DNA of 64,000 nucleotides from Monocercomonoides exilis PA203 (GCA_001643675.2 LSRY02000018.1:1178001-1242000); one strand, 5' to 3'; positions 13,901 to 25,319 are shown, numbered from the stretch's first letter. Numbers and translations are program-made. The notes: generated by a model not told the origin, from the letters alone.

Positions 13901-14420
13901 ATCTCACCGGTAGAAGGCAACACTGGGGTTATTCAGATGAATGGCGGACGAGTGACAATCCTGAATTGTGAGTTTGGAGGGAGCGACGGTTCTGTAGAAG
14001 CTGGAAAGCTTTGGATAGTTGTTGGAGAAAGAGGAGAGGCACAGCTTGAGAGCGTATCATTTTCTTATCTGACTTTTCCATCGAGCTTCGGAATAGCTCG
14101 GTTGGAGAGAGGAGAGATGTCTATCAACAATCTGAATGCATCTCATGTTACATCTGAAAGAAATGTTTTGCACGAGAAAATTAAATGCGAAAGCTTTGGA
14201 ATCAATGTTGAAAATATTTCTGATTGCTTTCGTTGGATTTGTTTTGTATGTTGTTTGGTGCAGAAAAGTCAAGAATGAAGCAGATAATTTGAGGGAGTTA
14301 GTGAATGACTGAGTGAGAAAAGATCCGAAAGCATTTTAGATGGTGACGATGGAGATGCCGCTGGAGGAGCAATGGATTTGAGCTGAAAGAGAAGCTGACA
14401 AAAAGAACGTTTTGAAGATA
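10987..14420 (+). pseudogene. Internally deleted paralogue of the giant surface-receptor family
   Basis: 672-aa open stretch 12260-14278 with FVEAGKSTLPNCGSDANPC and FGGGLHL...N.A.KG.DLF motifs; 5' part broken by stops. 14250-14420 reads WCRKVKNEADNLRELVND*VRKDPKAF*MVTMEMPLEEQW, homologous to the juxtamembrane region at 37390-37555. Confidence 0.8.
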
Positions 14421-14504
14421 TGTCACAAAGATTTTGAATATTCAAAATGTTTGGAGACAAGCATTATCTTCACACTTCTCTTTCAATTCAAAGTTCAGAT
14501 TTAT

Positions 14505-16778
14505 TTAAAAGTTAGCATCATCATTGTCACTTATAATCGTTCCACTTATCTCTTCTACATAGCCTTCTTCATCAATGAGAACAATAGCTTCCTTCCTTCT
14601 TTCTTCGTCTTCAACATCCCATTGGCAAACATTTTGAGAATAAGTGCGTCTTGGTTTATTATCAAAATTATCTGTTTCTTCGGCTGTTTCTTCGGCTGTT
14701 TCTTCGGCTGTTTCTTCGGCTGTTTCTTCGGCTGTTCCTTCGGCTGTTCCTTCGGCTGTTCCTTCTTCGCATGGAAGCAATTCTGATATTGAATGATTGT
14801 CTTTTTCCTCTTCCCATCTTCCCAAAATAAGTGAAAGTGTTTGCTTTCCCATTGGAGAAGAGAGGCAAGAGTATATCTTGCTTGTTGCTTGTTTCTTCGC
14901 TCTTTCGAAAGAAACAGCAACCCTCACTTCACTCCATCTTGTATTTTCTTCTTCGTTGAATGGAGCAGCGAAAATCCTTCCTTCTTCGCTGCTCCATAAA
15001 AGATTTTTCTTCAACTCTTTCACCCTCAGCTTCGGTGAGACTCTCACCTGAAGCCGAGGGGTGTATGGGAGGAAGTGCCTATTGATTGAGGCACTTCCTA
15101 TCTCATCTGTTGATGAGTTAAATCTTTTTTTGAAAAAAGAGATTAGCTCATCAACAGATGAGATGTCCTCTCGAGAGTTCTGTGCTTCTCTCGAGAGGAC
15201 ACCAAACTCTCCATCAACCTCGCTTTTTCCGTGTACTTCTGCAAAGAAGGAAAGCGAGGTTGATGAGAATGTTTTGAAGATTTTTGATGAAGGATAAAGA
15301 AGAAAATGCAGAAAAGAGCCATTCCGAAAATGGGGACCGCAGTCGGTCCACACTTTGAGCGATCTGTTTGTACGTGAAGAGTGAAGAAAGAGTTCAAGTG
15401 CATTTTCAAGGCAGTCGATAGAATATCGACTGTCCTTGGAAAGCACTTCTGAAAAAAAGTGGAAACAAGATTTATAATGAATGTTGTGTTGTGATTGATG
15501 AATTACAACACCCAGGTGAGAAACTTCTTTCTTTTCATAAAAATCTCTGCTCACCTGGGATTGTTTTATTGGGATGCACCAGTTTTGTTTGTAATCGAGA
15601 ATAACAATTGTTTGTCCGAATGAAAGTTCTTCAATACATTTATGATAATAATTTCTCTGTTTGTTCTGGATTATTTGATGAATTTCTAATAATCTTTTTT
15701 CTTCCCTTTCCTTCAACGTTAAATGTCTGATTCTTTGAATCTTCGTTAATATTTCTCTTCGAGCACACAAATTACACACATCAGTTCTTCTTTTTGATTT
15801 TCGTATATTTTTTGAAAGTGTATAAAAGTGTGAATAGCTAAGTTTAACATCAATTTCCTTCACCATTTGCTTCCAAAGCGAATATTTGGATCCATTAATT
15901 ATACGTATTTCATTCTCAAACCATTTTTCATCTTCGTTTTTCAAAGTTTGATCAATTATATCGTTTGAAGATTCTTTCAAAAATGAGGACATCATCTTCT
16001 TTTTCATTTTAGAATTTTTTGTTTCGATTTTTGATGAATGCAATGTTTTCTCGATAGAGTTTTCATTTGTTTCATTCATATGAATATTATTCAAAATATT
16101 TGTATCATCGGATGAATTTCCGTTATTTGTTTCAGTCAGTACATAAAAGAAAGAAGTTTGGATAATTGGATCACATGTGCAGCTGGAATTTGCAGCGCTG
16201 CTTGAAGAGGCGGAAGACATGGCGCGAGAGGCGGCAGCTGGGCATGCAGTGGGAGATGAGCAGCTGGAACTTGCAGCGCTGCTTGAAGAGGCGGAAGACA
16301 TGGCGCGAGAGGCGGCAGCTGGGCATGTAGTGGACGATGAAAGTCGACACTTCAATGAAAAATTTTTATATTGATTTCTTTTTTTATTTAGACTTATTAA
16401 AGTTTTTGATATGTCAAATTGAACATTTGATAACTGTTTATTGTTTATAATTGTAATGTAATCTTTATGTACTTGTGAGAAATTTGTTTTTGATTTGTAT
16501 TGATTTGATTCAAGTTCTTCTTTGGAATTCAATGAAATATTTCGTTTGTTTTCTCCAATGGAGTTCTTTTTAATATTAAGAGAATGATTATCATATTCCA
16601 TCAAGTTTGGAGATGGAATATTTGGTATTTCTTTTTCTTTCTTTGTATTCAGAAACACCATATCATCTTCAGATAATTCTTCAATAATAGAATTTCGTTT
16701 TTTCCTTTTCTTTATGCAACTTTCTGTGGTGTGTTTTCGAAGCCACCATTCACAAAACGAAAAATTGAAATGAGTCAT
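14505..16778 (-). CDS. Sola-like (probably Sola2-type) DDD transposase
   Basis: TDVCNLC...H zinc-finger-like motif followed by VILDYKQN, WTDCGPHFRN and FFAEVHGKSEVDGEFG (three Asp-centred motifs); 757-aa uninterrupted ORF. Family assignment is from motif recall, not a search. Confidence 0.75.
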   Translation of the reverse strand: MTHFNFSFCEWWLRKHTTESCIKKRKKRNSIIEELSEDDMVFLNTKKEKEIPNIPSPNLMEYDNHSLNIKKNSIGENKRNISLNSKEELESNQYKSKTNFSQVHKDYITIINNKQLSNVQFDISKTLISLNKKRNQYKNFSLKCRLSSSTTCPAAASRAMSSASSSSAASSSCSSPTACPAAASRAMSSASSSSAANSSCTCDPIIQTSFFYVLTETNNGNSSDDTNILNNIHMNETNENSIEKTLHSSKIETKNSKMKKKMMSSFLKESSNDIIDQTLKNEDEKWFENEIRIINGSKYSLWKQMVKEIDVKLSYSHFYTLSKNIRKSKRRTDVCNLCARREILTKIQRIRHLTLKEREEKRLLEIHQIIQNKQRNYYHKCIEELSFGQTIVILDYKQNWCIPIKQSQVSRDFYEKKEVSHLGVVIHQSQHNIHYKSCFHFFSEVLSKDSRYSIDCLENALELFLHSSRTNRSLKVWTDCGPHFRNGSFLHFLLYPSSKIFKTFSSTSLSFFAEVHGKSEVDGEFGVLSREAQNSREDISSVDELISFFKKRFNSSTDEIGSASINRHFLPYTPRLQVRVSPKLRVKELKKNLLWSSEEGRIFAAPFNEEENTRWSEVRVAVSFERAKKQATSKIYSCLSSPMGKQTLSLILGRWEEEKDNHSISELLPCEEGTAEGTAEGTAEETAEETAEETAEETAEETDNFDNKPRRTYSQNVCQWDVEDEERRKEAIVLIDEEGYVEEISGTIISDNDDANF
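14672..14765. repeat. 12-bp tandem repeat (ctgtt[t/c]cttcgg) x~8, encoding (E/G)TAE repeats in the transposase tail
   Basis: Directly visible. Confidence 0.95.
16179..16340. repeat. 81-bp GC-rich tandem duplication inside the transposase ORF
   Basis: gcagctggaa(t/c)ttgcagcgctgcttgaagaggcggaagacatggcgcgagaggcggcagctgggcatg starts at 16179 and again at 16260. Confidence 0.95.
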
Positions 16779-16802
16779 TGCTTCAAAAAATATTAAAAAA
16801 GG

Positions 16803-17284
16803 TTAAATTAAGAATATATATAAACGTTTTCGAGCAGTTGGCGTATAGGGCTTTGATGAACGAATCACTCCATAATCATTACGTTTCAACATTCTTTTGG
16901 TATGAACAATGTTGTTCTTTGTGCAACTCCACCCCGCTTGAAACAGCTCTTGCTCCTTCACAACATTCAAAAATGTTTGCAAGAGCAAAACTTTGTCTTT
17001 TTTATTTAGTAAATCGTATAAAATTCCACAATGAAACAGAACTTTGGTATATTTTTCTTTTGCAAATAAAAACAAACTTTTTTTATAATTAAGAAAAACA
17101 ATGATAATACAATACCATTCAAACACTCAATGAATGATTGCTTAATTTTCTTTCCATTATTAGAATGGTTTAAGTAATATAATATTAGTTGATTCTCTGT
17201 GTTATTTGAACACTGGTTCAAATATTTTTTCAGTTCTCGACAAATTTGAGATTTTCTGCTTTGAGAATAAGTATCAAATTGCAT
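16803..17284 (-). CDS. Probable upstream exons (or frameshifted N-terminus) of the transposase
   Basis: Overlapping same-strand ORFs 17006..17284 (ATG, MQFDTYSQSRKSQICRELKKYL) and 16803..17126 lie directly upstream of the main ORF and abut the inverted repeat. Confidence 0.45.
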
Positions 17285-17309
17285 TTGTTTGATAATAAAT
17301 ATTTTATTT

Positions 17310-17887
17310 TGGTAACGGAATGATCAATATTTTCTGATCATTTTTGATCTGATTTTCAGATCAATTAATATTTTGTGACTTTTCAAAAAAAAATACCCAA
17401 ATAAGGAACAATTTTTTAATATCCTAGTATTTAAAATTTGCAACTTTTCAAAAAGAATGACCCATATAATGTGCATAAAAAGAAAAACGCGAAAACACAA
17501 TTTCAAAATTTTAATTTACTGAGAAAAATATATTGTATAAATTATTTTCCCCACGAATATTTACAATTCTTAATTGTTAATCATGCACGCATGATTAATT
17601 CAAAAAATAACAACATATTTCTTATAAATTTCAGTTTTTCAAAAAACAGGTGATGTGTGAAAACTATTAAAAAAAAGGAGTTTCTCAAGTTATAAAATAA
17701 CCAAAAATGTTAAAAAGAAAGGTTTAAAAACAATACAAACAAGCAAAACATTCGGTTTCAAAAACTCCTGGAAAAGCGAGCAAAACATTGATCAAAAAAA
17801 ATAAAACTTTAAATATTCAGATCTTTCTTTTGAAGAATTAATTTTCAGAAAAATTTAGCATACAACCTTGTAATAATAATATTATTT
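17310..17887. repeat. Long inverted repeat, right arm (~578 bp)
   Basis: Starts tggtaacggaatgatc and ends tacaaccttgtaataataatattattt; reverse complement of 5138-5715. Confidence 0.95.
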
Positions 17888-18039
17888 GTTTTAAAGTTAC
17901 TTTTATCAAACACAAGCTTCTATTTGAAGCAATATGAGATAAAAATTTTAGGATCAAATAAAAAACTGGGTACCTATTAAAATCTTTTTATAGGGTCATC
18001 TTTTTATTAGCACGTTTTTCTTTATTGGCACCAAAATTT

Positions 18040-19330
18040 TTAGAAATGAAAAAAAGTTAAAAAAAAAAATACAAAACTCGAATCAATAACTCTTCTCACT
18101 TTTCTTTTTTCATTTTCACGGTATAGGGGGTCAAATTCATCACTTGTTTTATCGTCATCATTCTTAATTTTTCTGAATTTCCTTTTCACTTTTTTCTCCA
18201 AAGGCAATTCTTCTTCTTCAATTTCCTTTTCATTTTCAACATTTTCTTCAGTTTCCTTTTCTTTTTCTTCAATTTCTTCAATTTTCATCTTGCGCTTTTC
18301 AATAAATTCATCCCATTCATCAAGAAGCTTTTCTTTTGTAATTTCTTTTCCGAAGAAGTCGAAACAATGTGAATGAGATGGAATGAAGTATTGAGAAGAC
18401 TGAGGAAGCTTCATAAGAACCGATCCAGATCCATTGCTGAGGATACCGAAGAAGATGATGGCTTTTTTGATAATCGATGGAGTGAATACAGTGTGAAGAG
18501 TTTGCGGTAACACATCTGCAACAGCTGTTCTTTTTGAAGATGAGGAGGTGGATGATAAGGAACTGTTATTGTTTGAAACCATTGACTCCAACACAACAAA
18601 GACACATCCTTCCATTGGCTGTGATATTTGTATTGCGTGGGAAACGAAGGTGATGACGTCAATTTCCGCTTCTTTGAACTGTCTCCATATAGTTGGATCT
18701 GCCAGCGATGAGTGTGAATCCAGGAGAAGAAGGCGACGATGTAATTCATTTAGTATTCGCTTTCTTCTGTTAATGATAGCTGGCAGCAGAACTGTTAAGG
18801 CGAATTTTTTTGAATGCTGTTTTGTCCATCCAACCGTTTTGTTTTTGGCTAAATGTCAAACGAAGGTATTGATAGTGTTAAACTTTCCTTTGGGAAAGCT
18901 TCACTTAAGAACAGCAAAAAAGACATAAGTGAAAAGTCATTTTCAGAGATTCCAATTGTGAGATTTGCATTCCTTTTTTGTTCTGCAGTTTTTTATGAAC
19001 AAAGATTGCTCATCAGTTAAATGAACAACAACACCTATTTATGAAGTTTAAATCCCACGAAAAGATTTTTCAAAGGTGAACATTTATTCTTTATGGTTTT
19101 TTTTTCATGGCACAGTTCTAAAAAAGCTGCATATCAAATGTTCTTTAATTTCAGGCAAGATGTTTCATGTTAATTATGAACAACACCCATTTACAACGAA
19201 AACTTGAATTCTAAATAGCGTTTTTTGAAATCGATAGCTGTATACAAAATTACTGGTTTTTTCTTCTTCTTCTGTCATTCTTTTTCATCTATTCGATAGT
19301 CATTTATATTTTCCATCAAAAAATATATTT
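18040..19330 (-). pseudogene. Degenerate pogo/Tigger-type (DDE_1, Tc1/mariner superfamily) transposase
   Basis: Manual translation upstream of the 191-aa ORF gives QNGWMDKTAFKK/FALTVLLP...RLLLLDSHSS...IDVITFVSHAIQISQPMEGCVF, the DDE_1 pattern (GWM, LLLD.H.S, H...QP.D..VF). Frameshift at the A-run ~18808; further eroded motifs upstream; 5' limit uncertain. Confidence 0.8.
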
Positions 19331-20759
19331 AAACACAACACAAATATCAATCACAAATCTGATCGCACGCTTCACATCACATGAGGCTTGCCGCAGTTCT
19401 TGATTAGGTTGTGATTTCATCGATAAATAGCTATTCTTTTTCTCCAATAATCATTGGTTAGCGTACAACTTTTGCTATAAGTCTGCTTGCATTGATATCA
19501 TTTACAGCGTGTTACAAAATTTTCTTGTTAGACTTTTCATATTTCAATCCGTCGACTGGTCTGACAACATTATCATTCACAATTCATGCGATCTTTTCCG
19601 ATTTTGACCTATATTTCCTGTAACGTAATGAAGACATTGCTTTATTCAGAGGTTTCTGCTCGGCTTCAGCTTTTTTTTTCCACCAGAATTTTTATCCATA
19701 CACATTATTTTGACAAACATGATTGCATATAACTTTTTTAATTTTCATCGATAATTTCTATTGATTACAAATCAATTTCAAGTGAGAAAGATAGATATAG
19801 ATATTATTCCACAATTTTATTTCAGAAGAAAGCTCATTGGAAAACGAAGCTTCTTTCATTTGCCAAATGATATAGTTGAAACAATAATTGATATTTCAAT
19901 GTCATAATCATTTTTTCATGAACATCAAGTGGAGGAAAATATGAATTTTCAAGCTTTTTTTGCACAAAGCACAAAAAATTGTTTCACTCAGAACTTTACT
20001 AAACTCTTTAAGATTTCAAAACAAAAAGGATTATCAAATCTGGATGCTAATATCATTGATATCACATCATAATGCATTGTTTCTTCATACGTATTTTTAT
20101 AAATGAACCCATTTTTTGATATTTTTTGATCAATAAAAGTCGATAAAAAGTTAAATTTGGGGAAAATATGGACTTTCAAGCTTGTTATGCACGACCTGTG
20201 GAAAAAATTTTATTGCATATTTGCGCAGAGTTCATAAATATGAACAAATTAATCCACATTTTTCTGGCGGCTCGTTCTTCGTTCAATTTATATTGAACAT
20301 TTATAAATTTTGATCATTTCCAACAAAAGATCGAAAATTTTATTTTTTTCAAAATACGATGAAAAATAATAAATCCACTCTTGGAAACTTATTTTTGCTT
20401 TTCATTATCACTAAAAATATTTTCAAAAGTTTTGAAATTATGAAAAAGTTCCAAAATGAATAATTAGTGGGACATGATCTATCAAAATATTTCGCACAAT
20501 TTCCTGTGCTCAAATAATGAAGCAAAGAAATGTGAAATGAGAAAAAATGAAAGTTTATTTATCAATTATCACCAGAATGGGTGGAAAGCAACAATCACAA
20601 CATTTTCTGTTTAGATGATTGATCTTTTCATTTTTCTGTCATTAAATTCATGTAGTGTTGGCGCCATACGGTAATTCCTTGATTACATACATAACCTCTT
20701 CACATTTCAACATTTATCCTGAAAAACCACTGTTCCTTTTGCACTTTCTCCGATTTAGG

Positions 20760-22970
20760 AAAGCATTTTTGGTTGGTCGACCTATCTGATCCGAATATGG
20801 ATATCGTGTTAACGCTTCCGATGGAGCTTTTGTTTTATATAAAGGCTTATCTTAATAAGAAGTCTTGCCGAAAGGACATCTCATCAATCGTCTCTTCTTT
20901 TGGAATCTTCAAATTCTTCATCTACTTCATCATCAGCCCCTGCGATTAGCCTATTTGAGATATTTATCGCAGCATCAAACGCATCTGCAGCAGCGGTGGA
21001 TGATATCGAGAGGCGACTGCGGATTGTGGTTCCAGAGGCGGCTTTGGTGTAAAGTCTAACCCGGATATAATCACATCGGTTTTTGCACAACTTTTTGTGA
21101 CTATATCCGATTGTGATTATACACGATGATGCTTTACACTGAAAAAAATAAAAATTAATTAATAAATCAATTAATTTTGGGTCAAATTTTTAATTTTTGA
21201 AAATTCTTCAAAAAAACGCATTTTACACTTGCGAAATGAATTTTTTTCATAAATAGACATTATTTTAACTTTTTTGAGTACATTTATAAAAAAGCGAAAA
21301 ATTGATATTTTTGATCAAAAAATCGATTGGGACAAAATTTTTTGTTTTATGTATTTTGTTCCACATAATTCTTTCAAAGATTTTTTTCGATTTTTTATAT
21401 TTTAATATTTAATATTGCACAATAATGTCAGAATAATAATCATTCGTTTGCAGAAAAAGCTTGGAACAAATCATTGAATTTTTCATAAAAGAAAAAATTC
21501 TGTCCCGATTTTTCATCGAAAAATGAACCCATTATAATAAAAAATGTGATTATATATTTTCATCCCTGCGATTATATGCGATGGAAATTGAATGAAAAAC
21601 AAGCAAAAAACATCGGTGCATCGAAAAATGTGATAATATACGAATGTGATTATATTCGACGTGATTATATCCGATTTAGACTGTATGTGCGGCACATGCT
21701 GCTGTAGCTGCAGCTGCTGTCTACGCAGACGCTGCGTGGATATGTTGTGGCTCGGAGGGGGGTGCTGTAGGGGGGTGTTGTGTGTTTATACGATGTGGCG
21801 CTTTCAGCGATGCTTTCGGTTCAGCTAGTGGCGCAGCTTCTGTAGCTTGCAACGTCTGTGGGAACGAAGTCGGGGAGAAAGTGGATCTCTGAGTAAATAT
21901 TTGTGAATGCGATTGCGGAGATTACGATCTGTTTGACCCGTCGCTGCAGACATGGTGATCGCCACAGTTGAAAAATTTGGTGATGATTCTGGATGACAAA
22001 GAGATGGGGCGATGTGCAGCAGTGTGTGAAGTGGTGGAGATTGCAAAGAAGGGGATGGAGGAGGTGGGGCTGAGGATGGAGGATGTGGTTCTGTTGCCTG
22101 AGGAAATTGTGCAGGCGGTGCTGGAGGAGCGGGAAGAGGAAGAGGAAGGAGGAGTAAATAAAGTGAAAAACGGGTATCCGACAGCGCACAGAGAGTTTGT
22201 GGAGAGAATCAAAGAGAACCAGGGGAAGCTGGAAGAAGCGATGGCACCACTGGTTGTGGAGGCGGTTGGGCTGAGTCTGCTGAGGTTTGTGAAGGTGGCG
22301 GCAGAGGCTAAAGCTGAGACTGAGACTGAGGCTGAGGATGAGGCTTATGCAAACAAGCAGCATTTAGTTGAACCAAAAGTGTGCAGTTCTTCTCCATCTG
22401 ATGGTATCCAACAGGAGATATCAAGAGCAGAAGAAGAAGCAGCAGTTGTGTCTTTTGGCATAACTTCGGATGAAAGTGCAGATGAATTGGTGAAAGATGA
22501 GGAATTTGCGCAGTTGTCGAAGAATGGTTTGACTGCAAATTAGGAGCAAGGGATAAAGGGTAGTTCGATTAATTTGGTAATGAAAGAGATAGAGAAAGAG
22601 ATCGAGGAAGAGGAAGAGGAAGAAGAACAGATTTTTGATGAGGAATCTCCACATTTGAAGTTTTTGAAGCTGATTGACGAGAGTGCATATGAGAGCTGGC
22701 AGGACTATCTGGTGGCAATGACGGTTACGGAGGTGCCGGTGGAGCTATGTGCAGAGTGTGAGCGTATTGAAAAGAAGCCGGTTATGGAAGGGATGATATA
22801 GCTGGACGGGAAGATAAGCATCACGTTTATTGGGGAGAGGCTGTTTGGGAGAGATGGAAGAGAGAAGAGAAGGGCATGGAAATATGAGTTTGGCATTGGG
22901 TGGTGAATTGTTGTATTTGGAAACCAGAACCAGGTAATTTGAGATGAAAAAAAAACGAGAAGACAGAAAA
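20760..22970 (+). pseudogene. Decayed member of an unknown host gene family (copy B), interrupted by a MITE
   Basis: Homologous to 6300-7100 on both sides of the 21052-21683 insertion; several stops; acidic ORFs 21968..22543 and 22574..22801. Confidence 0.65.
21052..21683. mobile_element. 632-bp pogo/Tc1-type MITE with TA target-site duplication
   Basis: TA|aagtctaacccggatataatcacatcg ... cgacgtgattatatccgatttagactg|TA. The paralogue at ~6720 shows the empty site gtgTAtg; several sub-terminal tgtgattatat repeats. Confidence 0.92.
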
Positions 22971-25064
22971 AAATGTGAGAATGAGATGAATAGATTTGCG
23001 GAAAAGCTGATTGTGGCGACAAGGAAAATTGTACATTTGCAGAGAGAAAGCATTGATGGATTTGACGAATGTGAATAATGACAAGAATTTCATTAATGTT
23101 TAAGTTATTTCTTATTTGAAAGAGAATAACAATTGTTCAAACTGCGCTTTTGAAAATAGCTCACATTTGTTCTTTTTTCATTAATTCATTATAAATATTT
23201 CTAAAAGAAAATAATTTTTTCTCTTCTTCATATAGATAATAAACATTTGATTTTCATCTTATTCTCCTGAAGACAACAATCATAATAATGATTGCTTTCA
23301 TCTCTGAACTTGACAATATTGCTCTGACAAGATATGATTTATGCGAATTGGGATGTGAAGAAGTGAAAAAGAATATAAATTACTTTTTTTGTTTATTTTC
23401 TTTGTCAACAGCAGTCAAAATAGCATTTGAGGAAAAGATCTTAATTGAGTACAGGCCAGACAGAAGTGCAGAAAATGACTGAGATGCAATCAGAGAATTA
23501 ATATGTTGAAGAGAATTGGAGAGAAGAAGAGGAGGAGGAGGAGGAATTAGATGATGATGATTTTGTTGATTATTATAACATAGAAGAAGAAAAAGATGTT
23601 TGCCACAAAATGAATTAATATGAGCGATATGAACTCAACAAATGCTGTTGAATGGAGAAGGCGAAGAAAAAGACTCATTGTTCAAATTTGCTATCGAGCT
23701 CATCTCCTTTGAAAGTTTTTATGAATTCCAAGAATGACAATGAAAAAAGTTAATTCTAATGACTTCACAGAAAACTAGTAAAAAGTGGCAGAGTTGGAAT
23801 TCGGGGCGATAACAAATAAGATTCATTTCGCTTTGAGAGAAAACACACATTCCAGTGTATCCAATCGAAGAAAAAATGAAAAAAATGAATTTTCCTGAAT
23901 GTTGAAATTTTTAAAAATATTTCAAACTCACTCCTTGTTGAAACACTACAATTTGAAGGCTATTCAAACTACAAATTCTCAAATTCGAAGACGACGTTCT
24001 TTTCATCAGCCAAATTATAAAAAATCTCATCAATGAAGAGATCGAAGGAAAGGAGAAGAAAATGTGTTGTCTTCAAAAAAGCTGCTTTAAATGTGTTGTC
24101 CCTGGGAACGACGCTCAACATCAAAAATGCTGCTTGTTGGAATGAATAAATGATTGAAAAACATATAAAAATAATTCGTTTCGCAATGATTTTAAAAATT
24201 CCTTAAAAGAACACACCCTCCATCTCTTTCGCAAATGCAGAGGATTGTCCAATCACCGATGCTTTCAATCTCCTTTTCCATTGTTTCCCAGTGCTCCTTT
24301 CTCCGTCATCCTTTATTCCCACATAAATATCCTGCTTTCGATATAATCATCCACATTTTTTTCAGATAAAAAATTATTCTTCAAATTTTCTTTCCAAGTG
24401 TTGTCTAATTGTTGGCATTCTTCTTTTCATTCTCATGAAAATGCTGTTTAATCGAATTTGCATTTCATCCACTGTACCAATTGAAAACAAAAAATTGCAT
24501 CCACATGTGCTGATTGTTTCTTGGCATCCACCTTTCTTTTGATATTCTGTTCAGAAAAGCAAAAGAATAACCTTTTGATAACTTTCTCATTCGAAAATTC
24601 CAATTTGAAATTATTAATATTTTCATATTTTCATTTCTCTTTTCAAAAACAAGAGTTTAACAAATTTATTCACAAAAAAAAAGCAAACACATTCATACAT
24701 TAAACATGAATTTTTACTTCTTTTTGCTGATGAATTGACCATATGGAACTGATCATCATTGGTGATTTAGTAATTATATGAGTGTGTTTTTTTATATCTT
24801 TTTCTATTTCACTATAATATCTTTATTCTTCGAGAATCTTAATTGATTCGAAGAATTCACCAAAATATCATAAGTGCTATCAAATTGAAATTTTATATTT
24901 TTCAAAAACTCTTAATAACAATTGTGAAACAATATCTTCCTTTTATTAATTTAACAATCTATTGTTAATTGACATTCTTTAAGAAATGTCGTTATTGATA
25001 TTAGCATAGTTAAATGTTAAGTTTTTTCAGAATCTTTGTTTTGCATAATTTTTCACAAATATTT

Positions 25065-25319
25065 TGGTGATAATTTTTGAAATCATAACTTTTTTCGGGG
25101 TGTTTATTTTTCAATGGTTTTAATTGTTTGGTTAGAAGGGTTTCGCGAATATGGTTCATCCATCTTGATTGTTTCAAAAAACCGATTTTTTATATGAAAG
25201 TGAGAAATAAACACTACCAATTGTGCGATAACTTATAGGTATTTTATCAAAAATATTCTTCACTAAATAAAGAACCGAATTTTTTCAATGAAAGAATATG
25301 ATTTCAAAAATAATCACCC
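25065..25319. mobile_element. ~255-bp MITE-like element (family M, copy 1)
   Basis: tggtgataatttttgaaatcata ... tatgatttcaaaaataatcacc inverted ends; interior resembles 39876-39925. Confidence 0.65.

Larger units (their letters stand above)
5138..17887. mobile_element. Putative large Sola-like DNA transposon with long TIRs and host-gene cargo
   Basis: Long inverted repeats bracket a DDD transposase whose 5' region starts ~26 bp inside the right arm. No clear TSD at these ends; alternative outer ends at 4780/17970. Confidence 0.55.

Noticed and set aside
6300-14420. Alternative genetic code (TAA/TAG read as Gln) explaining the in-frame stops
   Set aside because: The broken genes also contain TGA stops and frameshifts, and the long intact ORFs have no in-frame TAA/TAG.
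14672-14765. CRISPR-like array
   Set aside because: Contiguous 12-bp tandem units without spacers, lying inside a coding sequence; eukaryotic context.
23100-24700. Possible gene remnants (acidic tract and short ORFs)
   Set aside because: Too fragmented to assign; no recognisable motif.
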